Of a DNA stretch of 64,000 bases, positions 8,698 to 19,505 are shown piece by piece. The stretch is from Thermoplasmatota archaeon. Lineage in GTDB: Archaea; Thermoplasmatota; Penumbrarchaeia; Penumbrarchaeales; Penumbrarchaeaceae. The notes under the pieces are model-generated. The model searched no databases and was not told where the DNA came from. It saw only the letters and a program-made list of their open reading frames with translations. The position numbers and the translations under genes are program-made. The stretch spans positions 21,682 through 85,681 of the forward strand of contig CBDDUX010000014.1 of assembly GCA_965234725.1 (NCBI GenBank), in the 5' to 3' direction. Within the stretch, counting starts at the first letter, position 1; each line of letters starts with the position of its first letter.

Positions 8698-11664
8698 CTA
8701 ATGGCCAAAGAGGTCATCAATATTACTGGAATAATCCTGAGTACTGGATCCGGGAGGAGAGGAATACTGTGCCGGTTGGTACTGAGGCGCCTGCTGCTGA
8801 GGGGGCTGATACTGCTGGACCTGCTCCTGTTGAACAGGAGCGGGCTGATAGGGTTTCAACTGCTCTTTCTGTGGTGGAGCTTCCAGATTCAACCCGAATG
8901 GCCCGGTCCCCACCTGGGGTTTTGGGAGTGCTTTATTAATCTCATCTTCCACCTTTGCTTCCTTCACCTTCTCTTGGTTACCTCTTTTAGCATAAGCTCT
9001 TGTGAACAAAAGGATAGAGATGATGATGGCCAAGGAGATCATTGCAAATGCGATCAGTATCCCGATCATCACCATAAGTCCGGTTGACCTGATCGTTTTC
9101 TCCATTTCCTTATCCTCGGGTTCCGGGGATGACATTATTGAGAGCTCTTCACCATCCTGAGCGAAAAAATCGGCAGAATTCCCATATTCGTCTCTATAAC
9201 TGGTCCTGACGACCATACAACATTGTTCGGAATGCCCAAGTTGTGGTGTGGCCAGGCACTGGAAGGAAGCTGTTGCTGTATCTCCGGGTTCCACCGGGTC
9301 CATTTGGAATATTGGCGTGTCCAGTGTTATCAAATTATCTTTGGATAAGAGTAGTATCTCGGACCATGTCACCCTTGCGGATCCTGTGTTTAGAACCTTC
9401 ACGGTAACAGTGAAAGGTTCTCCTGGCAAGATCTCAGATGTGGATGTGGATATCACTTTCAGCATTCCAGTGTTCTCCGGTATCAGGATATAAGTGTAAT
9501 ACGGGTCCCTATCGAAGTAATCCATTGAAAAACCATTCACGTCCACCATGGATGCCCTAATACTCAGAGAATATGTGGAACCGGGGGTAACTCCTTCGCC
9601 GAGAGTACAGTTGAATTCTATTGTTCGCAACTCTCCCAATGAGAGAATGCCCATGATAATCATGTCCTGGTCGAATGTTATCATATTATCTGGAGAGTTG
9701 ATCAGGACAGAATGGTGCTCAATAACGGTATCACCCGTATTGATCACATCGATATAGACAGTGAATCTCTCATTTACGATATCGGAGACCCTGGCGGTTA
9801 GAATATCGATACTGCCCTCACCTGGATAAATGATAACAGGAATATCAAATGAATTGGACTGAACATTCCCCGTTATATTCATGAAGTTTACTAAAAGTGT
9901 GCAATTCAGGAACGTTTCGGTCCGGAAAGTCTCAACATCCACAGGGACCTCGATCTTAAGAACCCCGGATCTTTCAAAGGTAGCAGCAGGTATAACAAGA
10001 TTATTTTTGTCTAACAATATACCTGATCCTTTATCTGCTCCAGAAAGCAGGATCCTATCCGGTTCTGGTGTTGTTAGGATCGCTGACACTCCGGTAAGGG
10101 TGTAGAGCTCTCTATTGATGATCTCGAAGGAGATGGATTGTCCCCTCTTCGAGGAATTGAGTATATTATGTGACTGGATAGAAATATCTGCCCCGACAGC
10201 ATCATCCTCGACCCGCAAGATCACGTAGGGTCGTGAAAGGTGAACAGGTCTGGGATCTTCCCTGTACCACATGATCTCCATATAATCCTCTGTGCCCATC
10301 TCGTCCCATTGGTATGAATATAATTTAGAGGAGATCCCTGAATCATCGAAAGGATCAACGTAGGTTACAGAGTAATCCACAGGGATCATGTATTCACCCG
10401 GAGGCATCATCTCATATACCTCGATAAAGGGGAAGAACGCATTGAAACTGGTCTCAGTTTTCACATCAAATTTTGTGAATTCGAGGGGAGGATATACTTT
10501 TTCACCCCCTCCTCCCTCATCATATTTGAATTCACCTTGTTTGAGGAACTTTGATGAATCAATGTCCAACCTGATCGTTACCGTCGCAAGGTCCACGTTC
10601 CCTATGTTCCGTATATTGAAAGAAATGCCACATGTCTTTTCCTTCTGAAGTATTGACGCGACAGGTAGGTCAGTATCCATATTGGACGGATGAAGAAGTG
10701 GCGTGGATTCCACCTTCAATTTGATCTCATAAGGGCCATCGATGTATTGTTCATCGTTTTGGATATATCTGAATATTAATGATCCTGTATAGAAACCAGG
10801 GGGTGCGGTATCGATTATATCTACCCTCCATTTGAGGTTCCTGTAAGTATAATCGAATACTTCATAGGATATTCTACTGGTGGTGGGTCTTATACCCTCA
10901 TTACCGAAATCGATGTCTGCTTTGAATTCAGTCAAGGTGTTGGTCTGGACCCGGAAAGTGTTCTTCGTCTGGATGGTCATATATTTGGCCCCTGCGTATA
11001 GTGGAGCAGGTCCGTTTCCTTCCCTTCCCTCTATCTCAAGAGGTGCATATTCAACTCCATAGACATGGCTCCTAACATAGAACTGGACATAACCATCCTG
11101 GAACTTTGATAGGTAGAACACCTCACCTGGATTCTGATCATTGTAGGATCTTGCCACCTTGAAGCTCAACCTTAACGGTATCCTGTAATAACCTTCTTTG
11201 ATGTTGCTGGTGTCTATCTTCATCTGGAAGTAGTTGCCATATTCATCTTCGTAATAGTTATTAGAAGATGAAATGGTGAATCCCTCGCTGGATGGTCCGT
11301 TATATGGTGTAAGGGAACCTGATTGGGTAGGTTGGATTATCGGTTTAATAAATCCCAGATCATCGGTTACGTCGTCATACTTTATCGAAAGTTTTGAGTT
11401 GTAGAGATAATGATCATAGTAGTAGTTATCCTCATCCTCCCAATGTCTACCATCGTATGTGTTGTAGACCCTTATCCTGAAACTGACAACATCGCCCATG
11501 TAATGCGAGTCCAGATAGTAATCGTAGAAAGTACAGTATGGATTGTCTCCCTCTCCATCCCTGGTTCCCAGACCCTCGGTCCTCGATCCTTCAGTCAGAA
11601 CAAAACTTCCAATTATCAGTAGCGATAAAACTACTGTTACGGTCACCTCTCTTGAATATCTCAT
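8698..11664 (-). CDS. Large S-layer-domain (COG1361-like) surface protein with C-terminal TM and Gln/Pro-rich tail
   Basis: Signal peptide, repeated Ig-like NTG/NIG motifs, C-terminal hydrophobic helix. Confidence 0.7.
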   Translation of the reverse strand: MRYSREVTVTVVLSLLIIGSFVLTEGSRTEGLGTRDGEGDNPYCTFYDYYLDSHYMGDVVSFRIRVYNTYDGRHWEDEDNYYYDHYLYNSKLSIKYDDVTDDLGFIKPIIQPTQSGSLTPYNGPSSEGFTISSSNNYYEDEYGNYFQMKIDTSNIKEGYYRIPLRLSFKVARSYNDQNPGEVFYLSKFQDGYVQFYVRSHVYGVEYAPLEIEGREGNGPAPLYAGAKYMTIQTKNTFRVQTNTLTEFKADIDFGNEGIRPTTSRISYEVFDYTYRNLKWRVDIIDTAPPGFYTGSLIFRYIQNDEQYIDGPYEIKLKVESTPLLHPSNMDTDLPVASILQKEKTCGISFNIRNIGNVDLATVTIRLDIDSSKFLKQGEFKYDEGGGGEKVYPPLEFTKFDVKTETSFNAFFPFIEVYEMMPPGEYMIPVDYSVTYVDPFDDSGISSKLYSYQWDEMGTEDYMEIMWYREDPRPVHLSRPYVILRVEDDAVGADISIQSHNILNSSKRGQSISFEIINRELYTLTGVSAILTTPEPDRILLSGADKGSGILLDKNNLVIPAATFERSGVLKIEVPVDVETFRTETFLNCTLLVNFMNITGNVQSNSFDIPVIIYPGEGSIDILTARVSDIVNERFTVYIDVINTGDTVIEHHSVLINSPDNMITFDQDMIIMGILSLGELRTIEFNCTLGEGVTPGSTYSLSIRASMVDVNGFSMDYFDRDPYYTYILIPENTGMLKVISTSTSEILPGEPFTVTVKVLNTGSARVTWSEILLLSKDNLITLDTPIFQMDPVEPGDTATASFQCLATPQLGHSEQCCMVVRTSYRDEYGNSADFFAQDGEELSIMSSPEPEDKEMEKTIRSTGLMVMIGILIAFAMISLAIIISILLFTRAYAKRGNQEKVKEAKVEDEINKALPKPQVGTGPFGLNLEAPPQKEQLKPYQPAPVQQEQVQQYQPPQQQAPQYQPAQYSSPPGSSTQDYSSNIDDLFGH

Positions 11665-11735
11665 ATCTCTTCCACCTGGATAAATCCAGCTGATTCATTA
11701 TCTTCTTAAAATATAAAGGTAATGGACAATTGTTA

Positions 11736-12638
11736 TTACTTTTCTTTTCCTGAGAACCTCGCTACAAGGAAGATCCCAAGGAGCACCAGTGGGCCTCCAA
11801 GCAATGCTCCTGTTCCCGGATATTCAGATAAAATTAACATTGCAAGTATTGAGGACCCTACGGGTTCACCTAACAGAGTTACGGAAATTACAGTGGGGGA
11901 TACAAATTTCAGGGACCAGTTGTAGATCGTATGTCCAGCAAGCATGGGGCCAAGGGCTAGAAGAAGGAATATCAGATATTCCGCAGGATCCACAGGGACG
12001 ATCTCGATCCTTGATATCAGAGTGGCTACGAGAAGAAAAAGAGATGCAGGTCCGTAAACAAGGTAAGCATAAGTTGGGAGGGATAACCTTTTCCTGAACC
12101 TGGACCCCGCCAGGATGTAGATACCAGCCATCAATCCGCCTCCAAGAGCAAGCAGATTCCCTTTAACAGCTTCTCCTGAGAAGGTGAGGTCTCCTCCGAT
12201 GACAACCACTGACCCAATTAAGGCCAGGACCATTCCGATAAGGACCTTGGGTCCGAACCTTTCCCCGAAAGCTGAATAGGATATCAATGCAACAAAGATC
12301 GGATGTGTTGTAACCAGAAGCACGGAACTGGCCACAGTTGTGAATTGAAAGGACCAGATCCACAGACCGAAATGGAGGGCAAGGATTAAACCCACCATGA
12401 CCAAACCGATCAATGTCCTTTTATCAAGTTCCGGAAGCTCCCTTTTTATTGTGGGAATTGCGAAGGGAAGTAGGAATGCCTCTGCTATCAGAAGCCTCCA
12501 TAGTGCAATGGTCAAAGGGTGGCTGTCGGAAAGTCTTATCAGGATCGCGGCGGTGGACACTGCACCCATGGCGATAATTATCCAGAAGGGAGCATGCTCG
12601 GATCGGAAAGGACCCTTTCCATTTTCGATGCCGGGCAT
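11736..12638 (-). CDS. EamA/DMT family transporter
   Basis: About 10 TM helices; HFGLWIWS, TTVASS, GHTIYNW, LGEPVGS. Confidence 0.9.
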   Translation of the reverse strand: MPGIENGKGPFRSEHAPFWIIIAMGAVSTAAILIRLSDSHPLTIALWRLLIAEAFLLPFAIPTIKRELPELDKRTLIGLVMVGLILALHFGLWIWSFQFTTVASSVLLVTTHPIFVALISYSAFGERFGPKVLIGMVLALIGSVVVIGGDLTFSGEAVKGNLLALGGGLMAGIYILAGSRFRKRLSLPTYAYLVYGPASLFLLVATLISRIEIVPVDPAEYLIFLLLALGPMLAGHTIYNWSLKFVSPTVISVTLLGEPVGSSILAMLILSEYPGTGALLGGPLVLLGIFLVARFSGKEK

Positions 12639-12660
12639 GAAAAGGTCATCGGTATGCAGA

Positions 12661-12668
12661 TTATATAA
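12661..12668. promoter_or_regulatory. Palindromic TATA box shared by divergent genes
   Basis: TTATATAA lies exactly 22 nt from both the minus-strand ATG (12638) and the plus-strand ATG (12691). Confidence 0.6.
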
Positions 12669-12690
12669 TAGGTATCGGGATCAGGGTTCA

Positions 12691-13713
12691 ATGGGTGATG
12701 AGGTCCATTGGGAGAAACTGACCATCTGCAGGGGGGGAGAAAGGATCCCCCTTGAGATTCCAATATTCCCGGCTCCCATGGCCGGAGCTTTGGAACCACC
12801 ATATCGAATGTTATTACATGACCTGGGTGTTGAACTTTCCTTTACCGAAATGGTTTCGGCCCGTGGTGTCTTCGAAGAGTCCAAGAGGACACTGGAGATA
12901 GCCGGTTGGGTCCCAGAAAATGGTTATTCCGGAGCCCAGATCTTCGGAAACGATGAACAATATATCTCGAGGGCTGCTGAAGAGATGGTCCGCCTTGGTC
13001 ATCATATGATCGACCTGAATGCTGGATGTCCCAAAAAAAAGGTAATGTCACAGGGATCCGGAGGTGCTCTTCTCAAGGATCCAGATCGATTGATCACACT
13101 CCTTTCTTCCATTTTGGATTCCGTGGAGGTCCCGGTAGGTGTGAAGTTAAGGTCAGGTTATAATGGATTCGATGGGCCCTCATTTCGCAAACTAATACTG
13201 GAAATGGAGGGTCTGGGGTTATCATATATCTCCATTCACGGAAGGACCGTTACCCAGGGTTTCCGCGGTTCGGCTGACAGAGAAATCATCCGAGTTGCCG
13301 CATCAATGGTCGATATCCCAATAATCGCTTCCGGGGATGTAAAGGGGCTTTCCGATGTATTGGACTACTTCTCCAGAGGAGCTTCCGGAGTCATGATAGG
13401 AAGGGCATTGATGGGTGATCCATTTTTGATCAGGAGGATTGTTGCATCAGAAGATGATAGTTACCCTAAAGGTCCTTCAGATATTGAGGGGATATTTTCT
13501 ATGGCAAGAAAACATCTACAATACTCTCTGAGGTTCTTCGGGGAGAAGAGAGGGTGTGTGAAGTTCAGGACACATCTGGGTTGGTACGTCCATTCCTTTC
13601 CCGGAAGACGGCCTTTCATGGATAGGATACATCATATTTCGGATGTAAAGGATTTCATTGGTCTGATGGAAGAGATAGAAAATGAATGGAAATGTCAACT
13701 GGACCCTTGTTAA
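12691..13713 (+). CDS. dus: tRNA-dihydrouridine synthase (DusB/NifR3-like)
   Basis: APMAG, FTEMVS, QIFG, DLNAGCP, GGALL, HGRT, GVMIGR; the upstream ORF extension overlaps EamA and is discounted. Confidence 0.9.
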   Translation: MGDEVHWEKLTICRGGERIPLEIPIFPAPMAGALEPPYRMLLHDLGVELSFTEMVSARGVFEESKRTLEIAGWVPENGYSGAQIFGNDEQYISRAAEEMVRLGHHMIDLNAGCPKKKVMSQGSGGALLKDPDRLITLLSSILDSVEVPVGVKLRSGYNGFDGPSFRKLILEMEGLGLSYISIHGRTVTQGFRGSADREIIRVAASMVDIPIIASGDVKGLSDVLDYFSRGASGVMIGRALMGDPFLIRRIVASEDDSYPKGPSDIEGIFSMARKHLQYSLRFFGEKRGCVKFRTHLGWYVHSFPGRRPFMDRIHHISDVKDFIGLMEEIENEWKCQLDPC

Positions 13714-13786
13714 CTTTTAATAGTGGTTATATCCATTAAGCGGGAGTCGATCGATTCGGAAACGTTCCCTCAGGAGGTGTGATCCA

Positions 13787-16780
13787 ATGAGATACTGGAC
13801 AACCCGTAATATTTCCATGATAGTGCTTGTAACAATGATCCTGACAGCTCTCTCCTCCATTCCATCATTTACTGGTGTGGAAGGCGAGAACGTAACAAGG
13901 TCTTCTACCGGATATATCTCTCTGGATGATTTCTATCTCCACTCCGAATATGAACTGGATGATATGTGGGTGGTTGTCTGGATGGAGAATCGGGATACGA
14001 TCTACAAACAGGTTCCCGGAGATGATAATTTCTTCTATTTCAGGGAAATGGCCAATTCATTTGCATTCCCGGTGGATGGGACAAGTCATTCCTCAGGAGA
14101 GGTGAAGAGGACACTGGTCGAACTTTTCACAGCCACTGATTGCATTTATTGTCCTGGGGCCGAGGGCGCCCTCGATGCATTGGTTGGAGAGAGATATCCG
14201 GACGATTTCTCGCTGATAGAATGGCACAGTGCAATAAACCCAGGGAACGATCAGTATGAAACGCCTGCCTCCAGGGGAAGGTTTTCGGCATATAATGTAA
14301 CCGGAAGGCCAACTGTGATCTTTGACGGTATGTCAGCTCAGATAGGTGGAGATCAGAATCCTACCAATACCCAGCTTCCCAAGGACTACGGGAAGAAGAT
14401 AGATAATGGGAACTTGGAACTTCCCATGGTCAAGTTCAATGGATTTGCAGATACAGGAGGAGATTACCTCAATTACAATATCAGTTTCGAGGTAGTGAAC
14501 CCGATGACAATGGGAAATTGGGTAATCCAGGCCGCTGTATGTGAGGACTTGAAGAGTGACCATAACGGGGCCAGGATGAGGTTCGTTCCCAGAGGTTCAA
14601 TATATTCGAAAACCCTCCTCGATCTCCAATCAGGATTTCCGGATATTACCATAGATGAGGAAGCTACCTTTGACGGTGTGAACAAGAATAAGGTGAAAGG
14701 GAATCTTACAATATCATGGGAAGCCGATGATCCGGAAGATGGTAATGATGTGATCGTTGACATCCGCTACAGGCGTGTTGGAGAGGAATGGAACGATCTG
14801 GTTACCGGACTTGAGAATACCGGTTCCTACAAATGGAACACATTTCAGCCCAGGGTCATGGATGGAACATATCAGCTGAGACTTGTGGTAACTGATAAGG
14901 ATTCCAACCCTGTAATGTCCCATGAGAAATTGCAATTCATCATCAACAATCCCGATGTCCCTACTGGTAATTTCTCATTCCCCGTAGGATTCACCTCCCT
15001 TTCCGGTCAAAAGGATATCACCTGGTTATCCGATGATGATGAGGATGCTGGCATGGACATGCTCGTCAGGATATCAATTTCAAATGATACTGGCCTTACG
15101 TGGAGGATCATATCATACAATATTGTAAACGGCCAGGACTGGATCGCCAATTTGGGTTCGTTCAAACTGAATACACTGAATTATGAAGATATTTCCACCT
15201 ACCTATTGATGTTGGATCTTAAGGATTCTGATGGTATGGTAACCACCCTGATCTCGGATGTTTTCGAGATCTACAACAATGATGCCCCAAGAGCCTTCCT
15301 TTTCAAACCCGAACAGGAATCTACCATCTCCTCTGTTCTGGATATAGGTTGGAAGGTTACAGATCAGGAGGACCTTCCCTCTGCGATCTGGGGTAACTTC
15401 TCCATAAAAAGGGCTGATCAGGAGAGGTGGACCATACTTTTTGAGGGATTACTTGATGATCAGCTTCAGAACAAGACCTTCGATACCTCTGACCTTTTCG
15501 GGGATGGTGATTATATTTTGAAGTTCTCAATAAGGGATTCAAGGGGAAAGACGGATTCCATAACAAGAGAATTCACCCTTTACGATCCGGATGCTCCAGA
15601 GTTCGGATCCATATCCTCTCCGATCAAAGAGTTGGATGATATCAGGGTAAGTTCAATTGAACTAGTATGGTCCTGTTCTGACCCAGACCTGGGAGAGACA
15701 GTGAAATATGCTGTTCATATCTCCCAATCCGGTGAGGAGAACTGGACACTGGTATCTGAGGATCTGACCTCCACCTCCATTGATGTTGACCTTTCGGAAC
15801 TGGAAGAGGGTAGTTATGAGCTCAGGGTTACTGCCAGGGATTCATCTGCAGGCCACCTTACATCGGAGGCGAGGTTCGGCCCATTTTACTACAATGCACC
15901 TGATAGTCCCCTGATCAGCATTTTCCTTCCATCCGAAACATTGGAAGATGGGATACCATCAGACATCAATTCCACATTGAAGGATGGAGAGTATTTCCTT
16001 GACCTCAGCTGGTCCGCTTCTGACAGTGATGATGACAACATCTCATATTCACTTCACTTCCGAAAGATCGGAGACCTGGAATGGACCTTGATAATAGGTG
16101 ATATCAATGGAAGTTCATACAGTTGGAACATGACATCCCTTCCATCTGGAGATTACAGGGTAAGGGTCCTTGCAACAGATGATTCTCCTGATGATCTTAA
16201 AAGTGAAATGATAATGGGTCCTTTCACATGGACAAATCCGTTCCTTACTTCATCAGCCGATGATGATACAGATGACGATGTACCTGTGGATGATGATGGA
16301 GATACCAACAGCGAAGAAATCGATTGGGGATTTTTCATAATCATCGCTATCGCAAGTGTGGTCCTGATCATCGTGATAGTCCTTGTGGCCTTGTTCCTTG
16401 CTTCAATTGCGGGAAAGAAGAAAGATGATACTCCTGTGATCCCCCAGGAGAAGGATATGGATTACAACCAGATACCTGAATTCGAAAGGAATTCCCAACC
16501 CTCCATGATACGCACACAACCAATGGATGTGGTTGGAGGGATGTATGGGCAGAGTCAATTCCAGACCCAGGAAGTCCAGGGACAGGTCAAGTGGGAGGAT
16601 GATCAGGCAATATCCGAAACTTCCCCATCCCAAGAACAAGTTAATGGTAACCAGGTAACCCCAATCACTCCGGTCGAAGGTATCGATGAGCTTAATATCC
16701 AGCTACCAGATGGGAGCGATCAGTCCCATATAAGTGGGACCGAAAAGCAGATGGGGGCTCCACCTGAACCACCGTTGTAG
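13787..16780 (+). CDS. Membrane-anchored surface protein with Omp28-like thioredoxin domain and Ig/FN3-like repeats
   Basis: Signal peptide; LVELFTATDCIYCP, PTVIFDG; repeated W-x-x-x-D-x-D / G-x-Y-x-L-R modules; C-terminal TM. Confidence 0.75.
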   Translation: MRYWTTRNISMIVLVTMILTALSSIPSFTGVEGENVTRSSTGYISLDDFYLHSEYELDDMWVVVWMENRDTIYKQVPGDDNFFYFREMANSFAFPVDGTSHSSGEVKRTLVELFTATDCIYCPGAEGALDALVGERYPDDFSLIEWHSAINPGNDQYETPASRGRFSAYNVTGRPTVIFDGMSAQIGGDQNPTNTQLPKDYGKKIDNGNLELPMVKFNGFADTGGDYLNYNISFEVVNPMTMGNWVIQAAVCEDLKSDHNGARMRFVPRGSIYSKTLLDLQSGFPDITIDEEATFDGVNKNKVKGNLTISWEADDPEDGNDVIVDIRYRRVGEEWNDLVTGLENTGSYKWNTFQPRVMDGTYQLRLVVTDKDSNPVMSHEKLQFIINNPDVPTGNFSFPVGFTSLSGQKDITWLSDDDEDAGMDMLVRISISNDTGLTWRIISYNIVNGQDWIANLGSFKLNTLNYEDISTYLLMLDLKDSDGMVTTLISDVFEIYNNDAPRAFLFKPEQESTISSVLDIGWKVTDQEDLPSAIWGNFSIKRADQERWTILFEGLLDDQLQNKTFDTSDLFGDGDYILKFSIRDSRGKTDSITREFTLYDPDAPEFGSISSPIKELDDIRVSSIELVWSCSDPDLGETVKYAVHISQSGEENWTLVSEDLTSTSIDVDLSELEEGSYELRVTARDSSAGHLTSEARFGPFYYNAPDSPLISIFLPSETLEDGIPSDINSTLKDGEYFLDLSWSASDSDDDNISYSLHFRKIGDLEWTLIIGDINGSSYSWNMTSLPSGDYRVRVLATDDSPDDLKSEMIMGPFTWTNPFLTSSADDDTDDDVPVDDDGDTNSEEIDWGFFIIIAIASVVLIIVIVLVALFLASIAGKKKDDTPVIPQEKDMDYNQIPEFERNSQPSMIRTQPMDVVGGMYGQSQFQTQEVQGQVKWEDDQAISETSPSQEQVNGNQVTPITPVEGIDELNIQLPDGSDQSHISGTEKQMGAPPEPPL

Positions 16781-16784
16781 TCCT

Positions 16785-19505
16785 TTAAAAACCGAAATTG
16801 AAGAATGAACCCAGAGTGCTCTCGAGGAAGAGAACGTATATGATCACGAATGCACCTGCGGCCATCAACATAACAGCGGAGACCTTCTTGATGATCTCTG
16901 TCCTTGCTACCATCTTCTGGAGGAAGCCTGATCCGGACGCTGCCAGATATGTGAAGAGGACCATCATCGCTCCCAGTGATAGGGTGTAAAGGCCAAAGAT
17001 AAGGGCCCCTCCAAGGATACCTCCAATGGTCAATGAGATCAGGATCATTCCTATGAATGCAGGTGCCATGCAGCTTGAAGCTGCTGCTCCGTATCCAAAA
17101 CCATAGGCGAACAACCCACCGGCCATGGAATCTTCCTCGAGACTCTTACCTCTCAATCTGGCTATGATGATTTCGAAAGGTCTTTTTATGTGATCCATAC
17201 CTCTTTCCATGAAGGAATCCTTCCCTATGAACGTAAGGAAACCGAGCACTACAAGGATACCACCAATTGGAATTATCAAATATCTTAGGTACTGGGAAAT
17301 CACACCTCCAAGAACAGCCACCAATATCCCAATAAGGATGAAAAAAGTGATGATCCCAACTGCGGCAACTATGCCGCCAACAAGTGGATTCTGCTTCTTG
17401 CCAGTGGTTGACTCCTGCTTGATATAGTATGTGATATAACCGGGTAACATTGGTAGGGAGCAGGGTGAGAAGAAAGTGACTATCCCAAAAAGGGCTGCTA
17501 TGGATCCAAAAGCTATAATGGATCCTCCTGTCTGGGTTATGGAAACTGCTTTGTAATCCCCTGAATGTGAATCAGCTATCTTATCAAGGACAGTGCTTTT
17601 GTCGATGATACCCGTATGTTGATACACAATATCACCGTTTGGAGCCACCACAACCATTTTCGGAACGGCAAGAGCATCGAACAGTCCCACGAAATCCCTG
17701 TTCAATCCTATTGGCCATTTGGCACCGTATTTTGTCTGAAAATCGTTCATTGCCTTGATGTTGTCAGCATTATCAACGGAGACCGATATGAATTCCACAT
17801 CATCTCCATATTTTTCCTTCGCCTCATTGTAAACCTCTACGACTATCGGCATCTCCTGGTTGCATGAGGAACAAGTGGTGTACATGATATCGATCACAAG
17901 GGTCTTCCCTTCATAGTTACTCGGTGTGTGAACGATACCTTTTGTATCGGTAACAGTGAAATCCGGAACAGTTGAGGTCGATCCTGTGAAAACAGTTGAT
18001 GCGGATACCGAAGTCACTATTATTCCAAGTGCGACAATAACCGCAAGGCTTGCCTTCGAGGAAAAGAGTTTCAGGAGACCACCGTTCACTTTCCTGGTGG
18101 CATAATAGAGCAATGGGCCGATGATAATAAGGGCGATACCCATCAGTAGGAATATGGTTCCAGTCTCCATTCCTATCAGAGTGGCACCCTTATCTTTGGA
18201 CGCAGAATCCATACTTACCAGGGTATAAACTTCCGATGAGGATTGGGCGAACTGATCATCATATAGAAGGACCTGAGCGAAGAGAGGACCTCCGGAATAA
18301 TCGATCTCAGCCGATCCTAAAGCATCGGAGTATGCATAACAGACACCGCTGTCATCGCAGACCTCCTCACCTGTGATGGTCAGCTCAACAGGGGTCCAGA
18401 TCGGTTCTTCTGTCCCTACTGTATTGATGAAGACGAATCCCCTTGCGATTCCCCCCTCATCGTCCATGGTGACAGATATTACATTATCTGTCAGGGATAT
18501 CGATTTTACCTTGGCAGGGACATTTTCCCTGTCATATGCTGTGGACCTTGATGTGGCCGATTGGACACATCTGGGGGATCCAGCCCTCTGATTGCCATCC
18601 GTTCCACCAGGACTTGAGTCGGTATCCAGCGTGTCAAAAATGGCTGCCACTGCATACATGTCCTGAGGTTTTATCTGGATATCTGCATCGGGAATGTCGT
18701 ATGTGAAGGAGAATAACTTCTCTTCTCCCTGGTTCATTGAGAACCTTTCGTCGTTTGCTGCGTATCCCCTGAAGACTGCATCGTTTGAAACGTTCAGATC
18801 ATAAACCAAAGAATAAGCTGTCACATTGTCCTCGACCATGAAGACGAAAAGGGACCCCTGAAGTGGAAGCAGGTTGCCTCCCACCATCTTTGCGTTTGCC
18901 TCATAAGAGGCCTTCACTTCAACATAATAGGAGGAGCCGTCGAATATCTGGTCAACCTCCATCTTCACGAAGGGAAATGACCAGGAAAGCCTGTCTATCG
19001 GCCTCAAGGGTGCATTATCATATCTGCCTTCGGACTCAAGGAGGGCCCAGTCGATCGTAGGTTGATCAATGGGCTTGTTGGATGCCGAGAAACCACCTAT
19101 TTCAACATATCCTCCGTCGAACTGGACATCAGGGGTACCGGAAAGTCCGGGTTGATAGTATCTCATTCTGGCAGTGGATTCCTCATTGTTCAGAGCATCC
19201 ACTCCACCACCGTTCAATTCATGGAAGAAAACCGTACTGAAAGGTGCCGAGGGGTCCTCCATCCCATCTAAGAAAGCATTATGGACGGCTTTCTCAGGTG
19301 AATCAGAATCTGGATCCCGGCCCATACATGAAGGACATGAAAGACCGGTGAAGAATTCCATCAAGGGTCTATGGACATACCCTTGGGGAGGAGGAGCCAT
19401 GGGCTGGATAATTGCGTTCTCTTTTCCATCGACATCCCCAATATGTATGAGTGATGCCAACATAAGGGCTGCCAAAGTCATCAATACGACGGTTCTTCCC
19501 TTCAT
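16785..19505 (-). CDS. Fusion of Omp28-like thioredoxin, redoxin (TlpA-like) and CcdA/DsbD-beta domains
   Basis: MEFFTGLSCPSC and GTPDVQFDGG; PDFTVTD...YTTCSSC...VP; FFSPCSLPMLPGY and SSCMAP. Confidence 0.82.
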   Translation of the reverse strand: MKGRTVVLMTLAALMLASLIHIGDVDGKENAIIQPMAPPPQGYVHRPLMEFFTGLSCPSCMGRDPDSDSPEKAVHNAFLDGMEDPSAPFSTVFFHELNGGGVDALNNEESTARMRYYQPGLSGTPDVQFDGGYVEIGGFSASNKPIDQPTIDWALLESEGRYDNAPLRPIDRLSWSFPFVKMEVDQIFDGSSYYVEVKASYEANAKMVGGNLLPLQGSLFVFMVEDNVTAYSLVYDLNVSNDAVFRGYAANDERFSMNQGEEKLFSFTYDIPDADIQIKPQDMYAVAAIFDTLDTDSSPGGTDGNQRAGSPRCVQSATSRSTAYDRENVPAKVKSISLTDNVISVTMDDEGGIARGFVFINTVGTEEPIWTPVELTITGEEVCDDSGVCYAYSDALGSAEIDYSGGPLFAQVLLYDDQFAQSSSEVYTLVSMDSASKDKGATLIGMETGTIFLLMGIALIIIGPLLYYATRKVNGGLLKLFSSKASLAVIVALGIIVTSVSASTVFTGSTSTVPDFTVTDTKGIVHTPSNYEGKTLVIDIMYTTCSSCNQEMPIVVEVYNEAKEKYGDDVEFISVSVDNADNIKAMNDFQTKYGAKWPIGLNRDFVGLFDALAVPKMVVVAPNGDIVYQHTGIIDKSTVLDKIADSHSGDYKAVSITQTGGSIIAFGSIAALFGIVTFFSPCSLPMLPGYITYYIKQESTTGKKQNPLVGGIVAAVGIITFFILIGILVAVLGGVISQYLRYLIIPIGGILVVLGFLTFIGKDSFMERGMDHIKRPFEIIIARLRGKSLEEDSMAGGLFAYGFGYGAAASSCMAPAFIGMILISLTIGGILGGALIFGLYTLSLGAMMVLFTYLAASGSGFLQKMVARTEIIKKVSAVMLMAAGAFVIIYVLFLESTLGSFFNFGF

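Noticed and set aside
12397-12690. Long N-terminal extension of Dus in the ORF track
   Set aside because: It is the antisense of the EamA gene; Dus motifs begin only after ATG 12691
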